Position numbers and translations under genes: made by a program. The notes under the pieces were generated by a model. That model searched no databases. It was given only the letters and a program-made list of their open reading frames with translations, and had not been told where the DNA came from. 64,000 nt of DNA from Antedon mediterranea (taxonomy: Eukaryota > Animalia > Echinodermata), in NCBI RefSeq assembly GCF_964355755.1, contig NC_092672.1, forward strand, positions 8,494,001 through 8,558,000, in the 5' to 3' direction. Shown here in pieces: positions 23,630 to 38,000 of the stretch (position 1 is its first letter; each line of letters opens with the position of its first letter).

Positions 23630-26600
23630 AAGCATATATGGCAACATTTTCGAAAAATGGAAAAATTTCGACCCTTTTATTTTTTGACATAACTAGTTAC
23701 TATGGTTCTATAAGATTATGCAAAAACAATATATGCACATATATGACAATATTATGGCATAATTATTGAATTTAAAAAGTGGATCTTATGGCCATTTTTC
23801 GAAAAATTTCCTGTACTATAAGACATGGAAATTTTAGAAAAATTGCCAAATTTTTACCCTTATAATTTATGACAAAATTAGTTACTATGGCTCTATAAGA
23901 TGATGTAAACACAATATATACGCATATATGGCAATACTATCGTATAATTAGGGATTTTAAAAGGTGGATATTTTGGCAATTTTTCGAAAAAAATCCCTGT
24001 ACTATAGTATAGGTAAATTTTCGAAAAAATGGCCAAATTTCGACCCTTATATTTTTTGACAAAACTAGTTACTTTTGCTCTATAAGATGATGTAAACACA
24101 ATATATGCGCTTATATGGCAATACTATCGTATAATTAGGGATTTTAAAAAGTGGATATTTTAGCCAATTTTCGACAAAATCCCTGTACTATAGTACAGGG
24201 ATTTTTTCCAAAATTGACCAAATTTCGACCTTTTAATTTTTTGATATAACTGGTTATTATAGCATAATTGACATGCGCAGAACCCATTATTCAACTCTGC
24301 GCATGTGTATTATGCTATAGTAACCATTTATGTCCAAAAATAATTTTCGACGATTTCATTTTTTGACATAACTGGTTACTTTAGCATAATTGACATGCGC
24401 AGAACCCATTATTCGACTCTGCGCATGTTTATTATGCGATAGTAACCATTTATGTCTAAAAATTAAAGGGTCAAAAATTGGCCATTTTTAGAAAATTTCT
24501 CTGTACCAGTACAAGGATTTTTTCCAAAAATGGCCAAATATCGACCTTTTTATTTTTCGATATAACTGGTTACTATAGCATAATTGACATGCGCAGAACC
24601 CATTATTCGACTCTGCTCATGTTTATTATGCAATAGTAACCATTTGTGTCTAAAACAAAAGAGTCGAAAATTGGCCATTTTTAGAAATTTCGGCCTTTTA
24701 ATTTTTCGATATAACTGGTTATTATAGCATAATGTACATGCGCAAAACCCATTATTTGACTCTGCGCATGTTTATTATGATATAGTAACTATTTATGTCT
24801 AAAAATAATTTTCGACCATTTTATTTCTTGACATAACTGGTTACTATAGCATAACTGACATGCGCAGAAACCATTATACGACTATGCGCATTTTTATTAT
24901 GCGATAGTAACCATTTATGTCTAAAAATAAAAGGGTCGAAAATTGGCCATTTTTAGAAAATTTCCCTGTACTATATAATACAGGGATTTTTTTCCAAAAA
25001 TGGCAAAATTTCGACCTTTTTATTTTTCGATATAACTGGTTACTATAGCATAATTGACATGTGCAGAGCCCATTATTCGACTCTGCGCATGTTTATTATG
25101 ATATAGTAACTATTTATGTCTAAAAATAATTTTCGACCATTTTATTTCTTGACATAACTGGTTACTATAGCATAACTGACATGCGCAGAAACCATTATTC
25201 GACTCTGCTCATGTTTATTATGCAATAGTACTTAACCATTTATGTCTAAAAACAAAAGGGTCGAAAATTGGCCATTTTTAGAAAATTTCCCTGTACTATA
25301 TATAGTACAGAGATTTTTTCCAAAAATGACCAAATTTCGGCCTTTTTATTTTTCGATATAACTGGTTATTATAGCATAATTGACATGCGCAGAACCCATT
25401 ATACGACTCTGCGCATGTTTATTATGCGATAGTAACCATTTATGTCTAAAAATAAAAGGGTCGAAAATTGGCCATTTTTAGAAAATTTCGCTGTACTATA
25501 GTACAGGGATTTTGTCCGAAAATGACCAAATTTCGACCTTTTAATTTTTCGATATAACTGGTTATTATAGCATAATTGACATGCGCAGAACCCATTATTC
25601 GACTCTGCTCATGTTTATTATGCAATAGTAACCATTTATGTCTAAAAACAAAAGGGTCGAAAATTGGCCATTTTTAGAAAATTTCCCTGTACTATAGTAG
25701 CCTACAGGGATTTTTTCCGAAAATGACCAAATTTCGGCCTTTTAATTTTTCGATATAACTGGTTATTATAGCATAATTTACATGCGCAGAACCCATTATT
25801 CGACTCTGCGCATGTTTATTATGATATAGTAACCATTTATGTCTAAAAATAATTTTCGAACATTTTATTTTTTTACATAACTGGTTACTATAGCATAACT
25901 GACATGCGCAGAAACCATTATTCGACTCTGCTCATGTTTATTATGCGATAGTAACCATTTATGTCTAAAAATAAAAGGGTCGAAAATTGGCCATTTTTAG
26001 AAAATTTCCCTGTACTATAGTACAGGGATTTTTTCCGAAAATGACCAAATTTCCACCTTTTAATTTTTCGATATAACTGGTTATTATAGCATAATTGACA
26101 TGCGCAGAACCCATTATTCGATTCTGCGCATGTTTATTATGTGATAGTAACCATTTATGTCTAAAAATAATTTTCGATCATTTTATTTGTTGACATAACC
26201 ATGGATTAAAGAATAGGAGGATATGCATCGACGGTGACATCAAACGATTTTACAACGCGCTTGCCTATACTAAAGCACTGCTGCCAATCAAACAAACACG
26301 TTCATTGAACTCCATGTCTCTAACCGCGGCCCTCTGTAAAACGCTGCGAATCAACTGTTACATTTTTTTGAGACCAAAACGTAACCATGTAGAAATCGTA
26401 TGCGCAGTCTGAATGTTCTATTGACATGTCTGCGTCGATGATTAATTGATAACAAACATATATTGCTGAATAATTCTGTTTTAGTTTCATCACAATCGGA
26501 CTACGAAAAGTTCACTTTCTTACGACTGGTAATTTTAAGTAGTTGGTAATATTAATAAAATATGCAATTTTTATATTTGAATTATCATTATTTGCCTGCC

Positions 26601-28260
26601 ATCTTCTGTCATTAAAAATTGCGTTAATCTATAGAATATTAAATTTTGCATTTGACCATGTATGTTGTTAGCGTGGCCGGTGTTCAGACATACAACAATC
26701 GTGTTTTTTAATATATGGCTAAGCAGTGGTTTCTTCATAAATCTCCTTAATTATCGATGTGATTATATTTAAACTGTAGTGCCTGGTGATTGGCTAGTGG
26801 TTATGTCATCCACATCACATCCAATCACCGGGCCTAATTGAATGAAAACAGCGATCCCTGATCCGGGATTGGCTGGCTATGTATAGTTGCGATTCGTTAC
26901 CTAGCGGTCGTTTTGAAAAGTACACGCAGGGCAAACTTGATCACGAACAAACGAAGTAGGCCTACCTATTATTATTCACACAAGAAGTAAGACAACGGTG
27001 AGTATTTAAGATTAGCCTAGGCCTACCTAGGCAGTATCAATGTCGGCAAATCATAGGGTTTACTAGCCCAGTTTAGCCTAGTTAGTACAAGGCCTAGCTA
27101 GGCTAGCATTCTTGCTGATTTTGTAATTTTACAACAAATGAGACAACTAATAGTTATTGTCTCAGATGTAGGGCTACTACAGGTCATAAAATGCTACTTT
27201 AATCATCATAAAAAAATCATTAGCGTAGATCAATCGCGGCAGAAACCAACATAGTCAATAGTTGACCATAAACATCATGCAACCAAAGAACGCGCGAAAG
27301 AAGCGTAGCCAACTAGGTTAAATGTCGTTGCACATGTGCAGTAAACAATATATTAGGCACGCGACCGTTTCGTTGTTACCCTGCGGTTAATTAAACTGTA
27401 ACATTGTGGGCGGTCCGCAGTCTGTCGGCGAGAGTCAAGGAACCCTTGATCTCACGTCGATGCATATCCTTCTATTCTTTAATCCATGACATAACTGGTT
27501 ACTATAGCTTAACTGACATGCGCAGAACCCATTATTCGACTCTGTGCACGTTTATTATGCAATAGTAACCATTTATGTCTAAAAACAAAAGGGTCGAAAA
27601 ATGGCCATTTTTAGAAAATTTCCCTGCATAGGACATATTCGAAAAATGTCGAAATTTTTTGACCCTTTTATTTTTTGACAAACTAGTTAAAATGGCTCAT
27701 TAAGATGATGCAAACACAATATATGCGCATATATGGCAATATTATCGCATAATTATTGAATTTAAAAAGTGGTTATTTTGGCCATTTTTCGGAAAATCCC
27801 TGTACTATATATAGTACAGGGATATTTTCAATAAATGTAGAAATTTCAACCCTTTTATTTTTTGACAAAACTAGTTACAATGTGTCTATCACATGATGCA
27901 AACACAGTATATGCTCTTATATGGCAATACCTATCGCACAATTATTGAATTTTAAGAAGTGGATATTTTAGCCATTTTTCGAAAAAAATCCCTGTAGGCC
28001 TACAGGAAATTTTTTGAAAAATTGCAAAATTTCGACCCTTTTATTTGTTGACAAAATTAGTTACAATGGCTCTATAAGATGATGTAAACACAATATATGC
28101 GCTTATATGGCAATACTATCGCGTATTTATTGAATTTTAAAAAGTGGATATTTTGGTCATTTATCGAAAAAATCCCTGTACGCTACAATAGCATAAAGAA
28201 TTTTTTATTTTTTTATTTGTTTGACATAACACGTTACTATGGCAACATAACATGACAAAG
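23630..28260. repeat. Palindromic satellite array (units ~187 bp in the flanks; ~196 and ~122 bp in the core)
   Basis: Recurring ...TTTCGACCCTTTTATTTTTTGACATAACTRGTTAC... and dyad CCCTGTACTATAGTACAGGG. Core units (24240-27620) carry the hairpin GACATGCGCAGA-ACCCATTATTCGAC-TCTGCGCATGT. Interrupted by 26200-27488. Confidence 0.9.
26200..27488. mobile_element. Non-autonomous P-superfamily-like element (1289 bp) inserted in the satellite
   Basis: TIR CATGGATTAAAGAATAGGAGGATATGCATCGACG / CGTCGATGCATATCCTTCTATTCTTTAATCCATG; 7-bp TSD ACATAAC; no transposase ORF. Confidence 0.8.
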
Positions 28261-29449
28261 CCAAATGTTGCCATCCGTATTTAGCAATATTATTATCTCG
28301 GTATCTTTATTCAATATATAAGTGCTGAATTGACTTCTTCCTTAATACAAAATATGGAACAATAAAGATCATCCGATTTTCAACAAATTTTATATCAAAG
28401 GTAAGGCTGCAATATTTATGATTATGATCCTTGACATACAGTATTCATTGCGTCAAGGCTAATGTAGTTGCCTTATTTAAAAAAATCCTTAATTTTTCGA
28501 CATATCTCTAAAAACATGCTGCAGTTTTATATTCAATATTATTACTATCCATATATTGATTGCACGTAGGCCTACAGTAGGTGTATGTTACAACTCCAAT
28601 TTACGAGACCCCTATTAAGGGGACATCCTAAACAGGGAAACGTCTTTCCTGTAAATCAAATCAAAATTGTTCAAACAAAATTATTTTAAATCCGTGTACT
28701 AATTTATCTTAAAAACAAATATTAAAAATAATGTAAATTTTTGTATTAAAGTTCAAATTTATTTTCTTTATTCTTAGCTGTGAGAGTCTCCTTTCTATGC
28801 AGTACTATTTTTACTGTAATCGCGATTATCAGCTACGTCCGGCTTTCCTAATATGGGCATGATATCAATATACATGCTATTGCTATAAATTAAAGAAGTC
28901 GACGACTGATTTGGTTGCAACACGAGTTGCATATTTCCTCTCTCTTTAATTAATTATAGTAATGTAATTTGTCGTATGTAACCAACTGTAAAAAACATTA
29001 TCTCTGGAGGTGGTGTGCTATAAACTCATTGAGAATGTAGTAACATATGTTTGTTACGAGGAAAATTCCCTGTTTTTACGAGCATGCCTGCAATTACGTC
29101 TATGGTTTAGAATAAGAGTTTTGAATAGTAAAAATGATCTTGTTATGTGTTCCGTTTTGTATTGTATTGTTTGTTGTACTATGGAGTTTTTATTCTGAAA
29201 TAAAGTGATCAATCAATCAATACAGTCGAACAAAAAAATGTCTCCTTAATCGTGTCTCCAGAATCAGGGTTGGCCGTAGTGTTAAAACATGTTTTCTCAT
29301 TTGTTTCCCTTTCATTGTTTGTCTAAAACTTACCGAGAAAAAAAGTGTAAACTTCGAATAGGGTGCGCAAGCCGTTTCTCCTGAAAAGGAGTTACGATAT
29401 TTCTCATTCCTGTTCGTTTTACAGGAAAGTGTACCCCTAATATACCCAC

Positions 29450-30001
29450 CTCCACCTCCCCCGTCAACAATCTCCCACCTCCCCCGTCAACAATCTCCCA
29501 CCTCCCCCGTCAACAATCTCCCACCTCCCCCGTCAACAATCTCCCACCTCCCCGTCAACAATCTCCCACCTTCCCCGTCAACAATCTCCCACCTCCCCCG
29601 TCAACAATCTCCCACCTCCCCCGTCAACAATCTCCCACCTCCCCCGTCAACAATCTCCCACCTTCCCCGTCAACAATCTCCCACCTCCCCCGTCAACAAT
29701 CTCCCACCTCCCCCGTCAACAATCTCCCACCTCTCCCGTCAACAATCTCCCACCTTCCCCGTCAACAATCTCCCACCTCCCCCGTCAACAATCTCCCACC
29801 TCCCCCGTCAACAATCTCCCACCTCCCCCGTCAACAATCTCCCACCTCCCCAGTCAACAATCTCCCACCTCCCCCGTCAACAATCTCCCACCTCCCCGTC
29901 AACAATCTCCCACTTCCCCGTCAACAATCTCCCACCTCCCCGTCAACAATCTCCCACTTCCCTCGTCAACAATCTCCCACCTCCCCGTCAACAATTTCCC
30001 C
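29450..30001. repeat. 23-bp C-rich minisatellite (CCCCCGTCAACAATCTCCCACCT)n
   Basis: About 24 units, strongly strand-asymmetric, between the converging SH2 and MPHOSPH9 genes. Confidence 0.95.
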
Positions 30002-32047
30002 ATCCACACAACCGCACTCAACCTAACCTTCCGTTTATAAAGGTTTAGTGGCTGAGAAAAGCCTTTATCAAATCGAGGGGCCCATCATTGAATTTGAAGC
30101 GGAATTAACTAAATCAGTCAACAATTATTAAAGCACAAATAGTAATCATAATCTTATATCTCACTAAATTATAAATTGATTTCTTTATTCTGTCAACAAG
30201 CACTCTTTACTAAATTCATTGTTTCAGTTTTATAGAATCTATCTTACAAGATTACTGTACAGAGTAGGACTACACGAATTTGTACAAAACTACATAAATT
30301 AAGAATTTGCATACAAACATTTGTCCGACTAAGTATTTGGCTAATTATAGTTTTTACAATAAACTGCAATACTATACAGTATTATCATTAATGTATATTC
30401 TTTGTTCAGTTTGATAAATAATTAAATAAATAAGTATATTTCATCAGATACACACACACTTTTAGATAGTCATTTTTTATTTACATTAAGAAAAGGCTGA
30501 AAATTAATGTTTAATGTGAACTTTAATTGATATTGAAATGTTACGCTTTGTCTACACTATCAAACTAGTTTGAAAAAAAAAAAGAGTGTGATGTGCCCAC
30601 AAATGGTAGTGGTATGCCCTAATATGGTATGGTTTTGGTCACATGAAGTTTGATAGTGTAAACAGAGCTCTTAAAAATATATTATAGTTTTGGAATGTTT
30701 AAGATATGATAAAGTGATAATATATGTATAATAAAGAGGAATAATACTAGAAAATATGCAGATGCAACAATTTATGAAAGCATGTTAATATAAAATTAAT
30801 GTATGGTTTATTAAAATGAAAACTTTTTTAGAGAAAATATATAATTATGCAAAAAGAGACAAGATGAAAGAGTGGGATAATTATATTTGATTGCTTTCAA
30901 GGATAAATTCTTGCAGTAATACCAAGATGAGATTATAGGCTCATGTCAAATGTGGTGTATATTAAACTACAGTGAGTACTATTAAGGTCCTGTTTCCACT
31001 GCAAAAACATTATCGGTCTATAACCATGTGAATAAATTAACCCCAATTTCTTGGGGTTTATTCAGCACTGTGCAGCAGAAACAGACGGTATATTACCAAC
31101 TACATATTAACATTGAATAAATCTACTGTAGATATACATATTACAGTACTGTATTTGTGGTATTTAGAAAGTGTTACATCTGTTGAAATGATGACTAACA
31201 CATATCCTGCACATAATGACAACGTATCCTGGAATCTGTTTGTTTTTATATGCAACATACTATTGCAACTTCACCTGTTCTATAAAAGAGTTTAATATCG
31301 TAAACCATATTGGCAACACTTTGCTGCCTCCTTTTAAAGTAGTGGAGTTGTAATGCACTTGCCTTCCAATTCAAAGGTACAGGGTTCATTTCTGATCTAG
31401 ACAGGGTTGTATATTGCTACTCTAGACAGGATTGCTACTCTAGACAGGGTTGCAACTCGCAACTCTAGACAGGCTTGCAACTTGCAACTCTTTCATCTCC
31501 ACTCCCTAAGCCTCAAATAAGACTTACTTTATAAGCATGATAAACTATAAATAGTCCCTGGAGCTGTAATCCTGAAATTCGCGAGTTGCTCACTGTTGGA
31601 TGGGAACTGCAGCATAGAAACCATAGGAACTGCTTGTTTTTAAAAAGCGGCCATGCTTCTGCTCCATCACCGAGTCCAACAGTTATTCTGAGCATGAATA
31701 CAGAATGACTTTTCAACTCAAAACAAGTTCACTATTGGAACTACTGATACCATAGTTATACTTTTGCACCAATGTCAGGGGTTCAAATCATAGCAGTGTA
31801 ACTTAGAAATCAGCTATGTATGAAACAAATTGGTGACCTTGTAAAAATCTAAAAAAGTTATGACCAAGAAGTTGCTAGGCAAGGCAGCTTTCCCATCAAT
31901 CATATTGATTGGATATTTTTTAAGCAGAAAGTACTGTTAGAGAATGGTCCAGCCCAAATGTTCTATTATTACACAAGAAACAATATGTCTCTTTTACCCA
32001 GGTATGAAATACTGTACTCCTCTTAGTATCCTGAATATGTCTATATA

Positions 32048-35000
32048 TCATGTCTTCAATATGTTGTACTTCCGAAGCAGCATACGTATGGAACCGAGTT
32101 CTTTAACAACTTCATCATAGCGTAGCTCCAGCTGTTCCTACAGGATAGGGACATAGGAAGCTTGTGTCAATTGTATATAATTATTAACAAGCAGGGGGAT
32201 GGTACACTGAATCTGACATGCTTTGCAAGAACATCTTCAGTGACTCATAGCAAGTTTATGCAATCATATGCTTCTTATTTCATGCCATTGTGCTAAGGGC
32301 AGGTGGGTGAAGTTACCCATACTAAGGGTTTATTTATATGACTTCCACTCAAAATTCACCCTAAAGCCATATGAATGGTTGTCGCACAACCCTGTGTCAC
32401 CCACCATTAGATTATTGTGAACCACCACTATGGTGTCACTACTCTCTCCAGAGTTTGTTGTTATTATTGTGACTTTCTTAAACCTTTGTATCGATCCTTA
32501 AAAGCATTGCACATTGTATTGTGCTGTTGGTATTAAGACAAAAATTATAATTAAATAAAACGAATGAATGAATGAAGCTATAATAGGTTCATAATTTTGA
32601 TCAGAGATGAGCTAAACTCTTTTCTTGATCTATTTTAGTATTATTAGATGATAAATTCTGAATCATGATAATATATTCTCCTAGCTCTACTTCTTTAAAT
32701 CATATTATTTCAATACTATAATATTCATTATGCACTTACTATATTATATTATTCTACAATGACCTTATACAAAGCTAAACTTTGAAATATATTAGATTTA
32801 GTTATTTCCTGCATTAATTTACTGTTGATATGTGAATCAGAATACCAAAAGAAAAAACTTCTCTGTGGCAAATCAAATTACCCATTCACTAAAGCTGAAA
32901 CAGATTGTTATTAAACAGGATGCTGTGGTAATACACCATGTTAAACATCCCCATGAATTTTGGAAGAAGGGTTGAAATTGCTTTTGACAGATTGCTATCT
33001 TAAAGAAAGATTCAGACAAAATCTTAATTCATTTATTCTAATCAAAATCCAATAAAAAACGCATTTTGTTATGCATTTCTAGAGGCATCAATTCATTGCA
33101 TTGCTGGCTTTTTTACATGGGCAAAATTACAGTAAAAACACTATTTAAAAAAAATCCACTTTCCTGTCAAACAGACGGGATAATAATTGTAAAATTAAAG
33201 CAAAGCCCTGAGGTGAAAATCCTATTAAGGGGACACTTGAGTCTGGGAGGTACAGTATCTCCTTAATTGTGTACGTATACATGTGATTGCCCTAATAACT
33301 AACCCTTTCTCTTTAGAGCCCCTCATATCGGAAGCGGTCAAATAAAGTTTATATTGTATCTGATCAAACAAGCATAGTACTAAAAGGACTGAGTGCCAAA
33401 AATGTTGTGGGGCAAGTAAACAGTGAACAGTGAATACAAAATACAATAAAAAAAAATAAATCAATTAAATTTGTCCAATATGCCTGCAGTTAAACTGGCC
33501 AGACAATAATTGGAGCAATTGGCCAATTATGTTTAAATTAGGATTAATTTGATGATTCTCAAATTAATTAAGTAATTTTGGGTATTTATGCGACAGCAAG
33601 CGTATTATTTGATTATTTTCGGTCTATGAGAGCTATGATAGATTACTAACCTCAGTTTCCCGTGATTGTCTTGACATACGAGTTGAAGGTGGTAACCGAC
33701 TTAATGCCGATTCGATCTGTATGACATAAATAATATATTTAACCTTTTGTTGCAAAACCAAGAAATCATGTGATAAAACAATCAAACCATTATTAACTTT
33801 ATATTTCATTAATTATTTAACTAGCTTTAAAGTGATCGATATGGCGTAATGGTAAAGGACATCAGATTAGCATGTGAGAGGCATGGGTCCGAAATTGTCG
33901 GTGCAAAATCATTACCTCGTCCTTCAGATTGGATGTAAAGTCATTTGGTCCTGTGTATATACATTCCACATGTGCCAATATGGAACTTAGGTACATCATT
34001 CATATTTAACTAGCTTTTAACAAATGCAATATGCTGTAATGGTAAGGAACATCAGACTAGTCGATTGCTTAATGGTTCCATACTGGGAGTGCAGTTTTGC
34101 ACTGAAGAGGTAACCCAGTATAAGGAATAAATCTATTTAATTGTCCTCACTTTAATTTTTTCCTTGTTCAAATAATCATAGTTCTTCTCCACTGCTGACA
34201 GACTATTAATTGTGTCATCTATAGATGATTTAGTTTTTTTCTGATTAAAAATAAAATTCATAATTATTAGTTTAAATTTAAATTTTCTTTATGCCAATTT
34301 AACGTAATAATGAATAGTACATGTAACCATTTTTTTTCTCCCGTAACTTTCTGGTCTTTCACAAGGTGACCATGTCTTTTTTCTTGCTTTGGTCACCTTC
34401 CACACTCATTCCAAGGTGACCATAAGGTGACCATGTCTTTTTTCTTGCTTTGGTCACCTTCCACACTAATTCCGTTTTTAATTTAATTATGTATGTTGAT
34501 CTTGAATGTTGATGTTTGTGGAAAATTACTTGGCAAAATATTGCCACAAAGGGCCAATAGGCATGTTCTGTAAGTATATGCCTCTTTACACCGAAATGAA
34601 TGATAACTTTAAAATTGTAGGCGCTATCGTGCAAAACAAAGCAAGTACTACCAACCAACAATGTTTAGAGGAAGTATTAAAATCAGATATATTATATTAC
34701 TTACTGAAATACTTGTAGAATGGTCACTTTTTCTACTTGGTGAATATAATTTAGGCTCGTCACGCCCTGTGTTGGTCACATTGTCAGATTTTAACTGCCC
34801 AAGTGTTTTCAAAATAGCTGATTGATAAAAGATACAAACAAAATATAATCAGTCATAAAATACCGAAATGTAAATCAATTAAAGATATATTTACTAAAAT
34901 TTCAACAACAGTTTCAACAATATTTATGCAAGATAAAACTAAATAGTAAACAAATAATAAATGTACTGTATAAGTGCAAGCAACTAGGGTACAAATATTT

Positions 35001-38000
35001 TCATTTAAGGAAAAATGAAATATTCTACTTTTGAATATCATGTGACCCTCAATCCACCAATCAAATGACAAGGATCTACTTTGGTGTTATATAAAATCAA
35101 CTATGCCATTATACAGCATGATATTGCACTTACTATTAGGATCTGTGCTCCATTTTTTTCTTGGCACAATTCCATAATCTTTGGTCGGAGTCTCATCCAA
35201 AGAAACGCTAAACCTTGCAGCAGTTTGTCGATGTTTATCAGTAAATCCCATATACTTTGGTGACACATCAACCTTGGGGTTAAAAGTATGCATTTTTGAG
35301 CTAATTTTAGTTGATGTGCCCCTAGTTGGTGTACTCCCCCTAGGTGAGTTAGATGCTGACTGAGTCTTTCTTGCGGATCCTCGATTTGCCTTCGGAGAAG
35401 AGGAATTTGGTCGACTTGGGGAGCTTTTATGATAACTGGATCTTCTTGGTGGAGAATATGGTGATGTCAGATTATTAGAAAGTGAGCTTCTTGGAGATTT
35501 TTTCTTCACTTTAAAGTTGCTACTTTGTGGGGAGAATTGATTTAGTGGATCGTGATCAAATAACCGTCTGGATGTTTTTGAAGTCTCGGATGTTCGTGGA
35601 CTTCTCTTATTACCACTGGACGTTAAGCTACTTGATAAACGAGGTGGAGAGTTTTCGGACAACTTTGGTTTCCTCTGAGAGTGTGATTCATGTGACAAGA
35701 CACCTTCACGTATTGGTGGTGACTGTTTGGAGTTGTAACGATACTTGTTTTGTCCGGTTTCAACATTCAAATCAAGTTTTTCTTCTGGTAAACTAAAGAC
35801 AGGCGAAGTACTAACAGACACATTTTCTTTAACTTCGTTGCTTTGTACAAATGATGAAGTCGATAAATCTTGATGTGAAGACCTTTGAACTTCAGGAAGA
35901 TTTTCAATATTTTTGCTTAGATCAGACAACATTGATTGTGATTTTTCTAATTCTTCGTGGTGTTTCCATCGATTGAACTGTGCAGCTGCTTTCATCATTG
36001 GTGAAATAGGTCTTTCGTCAAGATCAGAATCAAAGGGGGGTGGGTGTAGAGTGCTCCGCATTGATGCAAAGAGTCCACTGCGGTTTAAGGATACATCCAA
36101 GTCTGAATCAGCTAGTTGATAAACACCACTAAAAATCAAACCAAATTTTTAAAAAGAAATGCCTAAATTATAAGATAATTTAAATGATTAAAAATATATA
36201 ATATGTATATAAAACGTTTTTTCATATCTTGTATAACAATTAATTATATCTAGTCTATTTAAAAAGGGTAAATATTGTACTGTAAAATATCTATCTATGA
36301 CAGGTAGACAAACTATGGAAGGCAAAATCTGCCAAATATATAAAAGATAAACTATAGAAAGGAACCTATGGCAAAATAAAATGCTTGGTCATTAGATTTT
36401 GAATTACTTTTATTTCACTATGTTCAACTATGGCTTCAGATATCGACAATAAATACCTTTCACTTTCGGACTCCATCTTATCTGATTCTTTTTCTGTATC
36501 TGATGATTGTTTGATTTCTCCATTGAAGAGGTTAAAGTCTGCACCAGATGTCAAAAACTTTCGCTGTTCCATAGACGGTACAAAGACCTTTGCTTGAGGT
36601 TGCTGTACACTTGGGTGTGGGTATGATGAAGGCACTGGCCGGTCAAGTTGCATCCTGTCAAAGATACTATGAAGATTAAACTTTCAATTGGTTTGATTTA
36701 TTTCTTTATAATCTCATATAATATATAATATAATTTAATATCTAATCCCCTACACTTTCTTAATAGTGTACCAGGTTTTTTATCATGCACACATATGTTC
36801 ACATGACCAACAGCTTTAGATCCTATCCAAAGTACAAGACAATAACAGTATTAAAGTATCTTGCCTATAGATACAAGCAATATGGCAGAGACAGGTCTTG
36901 AAGCAATGCCTCTCACACCATTAACTATACAAACCACTAACTGCTCTGCTTTATTCAAAGAGTGCGCTCAATCCACTAGAAGATCAGAATTATGCTCAGT
37001 TCTGAGTTTAATATCTTAGTGATGGCAGATGGCAGATCCAGTGTATTGCAAAAGTTGTACTTTAACCCCCACAAGCCTCCCGAAATAAAGATATATACAG
37101 TAGTCTAAAGCTGTCTACACTAACTTTATGTGACAAAAAAATATGATGTGCCTGTCACACCAAAATCAGTCCGGGCCAAAATCGGTCTGGCGGACCAGTT
37201 TTGGCTGCCAAAATTAGTCCGGGGGACGATTTATGGCTGCCAAAACCTGTCCGACCGGACCAATTTTGGCCGGCAAAACTCTGTCCGGCCTGGATAAAAT
37301 CGGTCCGGGCAGTAGGACTATTTTTGGTCGCCAAATATGGTCCGGTCTTACAAATATATGGTGCGCAAAATGAGTCATAATGTATATATCATTAAAAAAA
37401 AAGGCCATGATTAGTCATTATATTGAAAACTACAGGGTTTTATTTGTTATTTTAATATTATAAATTAAGTCTGGTTTTTTTTATTGTCATTACTAATAGT
37501 AACTAAAAAATAATTATTACTAATTGTTTGCTTTTTGTATACAATATGTATCTCTGCCGGTTTTTAATCCATTATTGTTCTTTTTTAACATCTTCGTTTC
37601 CCCATGATGTTAAAAACAATTTAATTTATTACCGTAATTATTTATGGTTAATCAATCAATATATCAATTCAATACAATTATTATAAAACAATTATCCAAT
37701 ATTTATTAGGCTGAGGAAGGAAAAAGGGCTCAATCATAAATAAAATCTAGCTGGCAATATCAGCGTCTCATACCCGTTCATGTGAGTGTATGGCAGGTGG
37801 AAATATGAGTGAACACCTAAGTCATGTTTTTAGATAAAATACATTTATTTATAGTATTTATCCGACAAGATAAACTTACTAATATATATCATGGGATACT
37901 TATCTAGCCATAAACAATTTAAAACAGCATCATATGCCTAGTAATTCAATTAAAATCGACAGAAGAAAAGCCCGGACCGCTTTTGGCCACAACTTTAGAG

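Noticed and set aside
31335-31400. tRNA-like A/B-box sequences (also ~33840 and ~34030)
   Set aside because: No intact cloverleaf; best explained as SINE heads.
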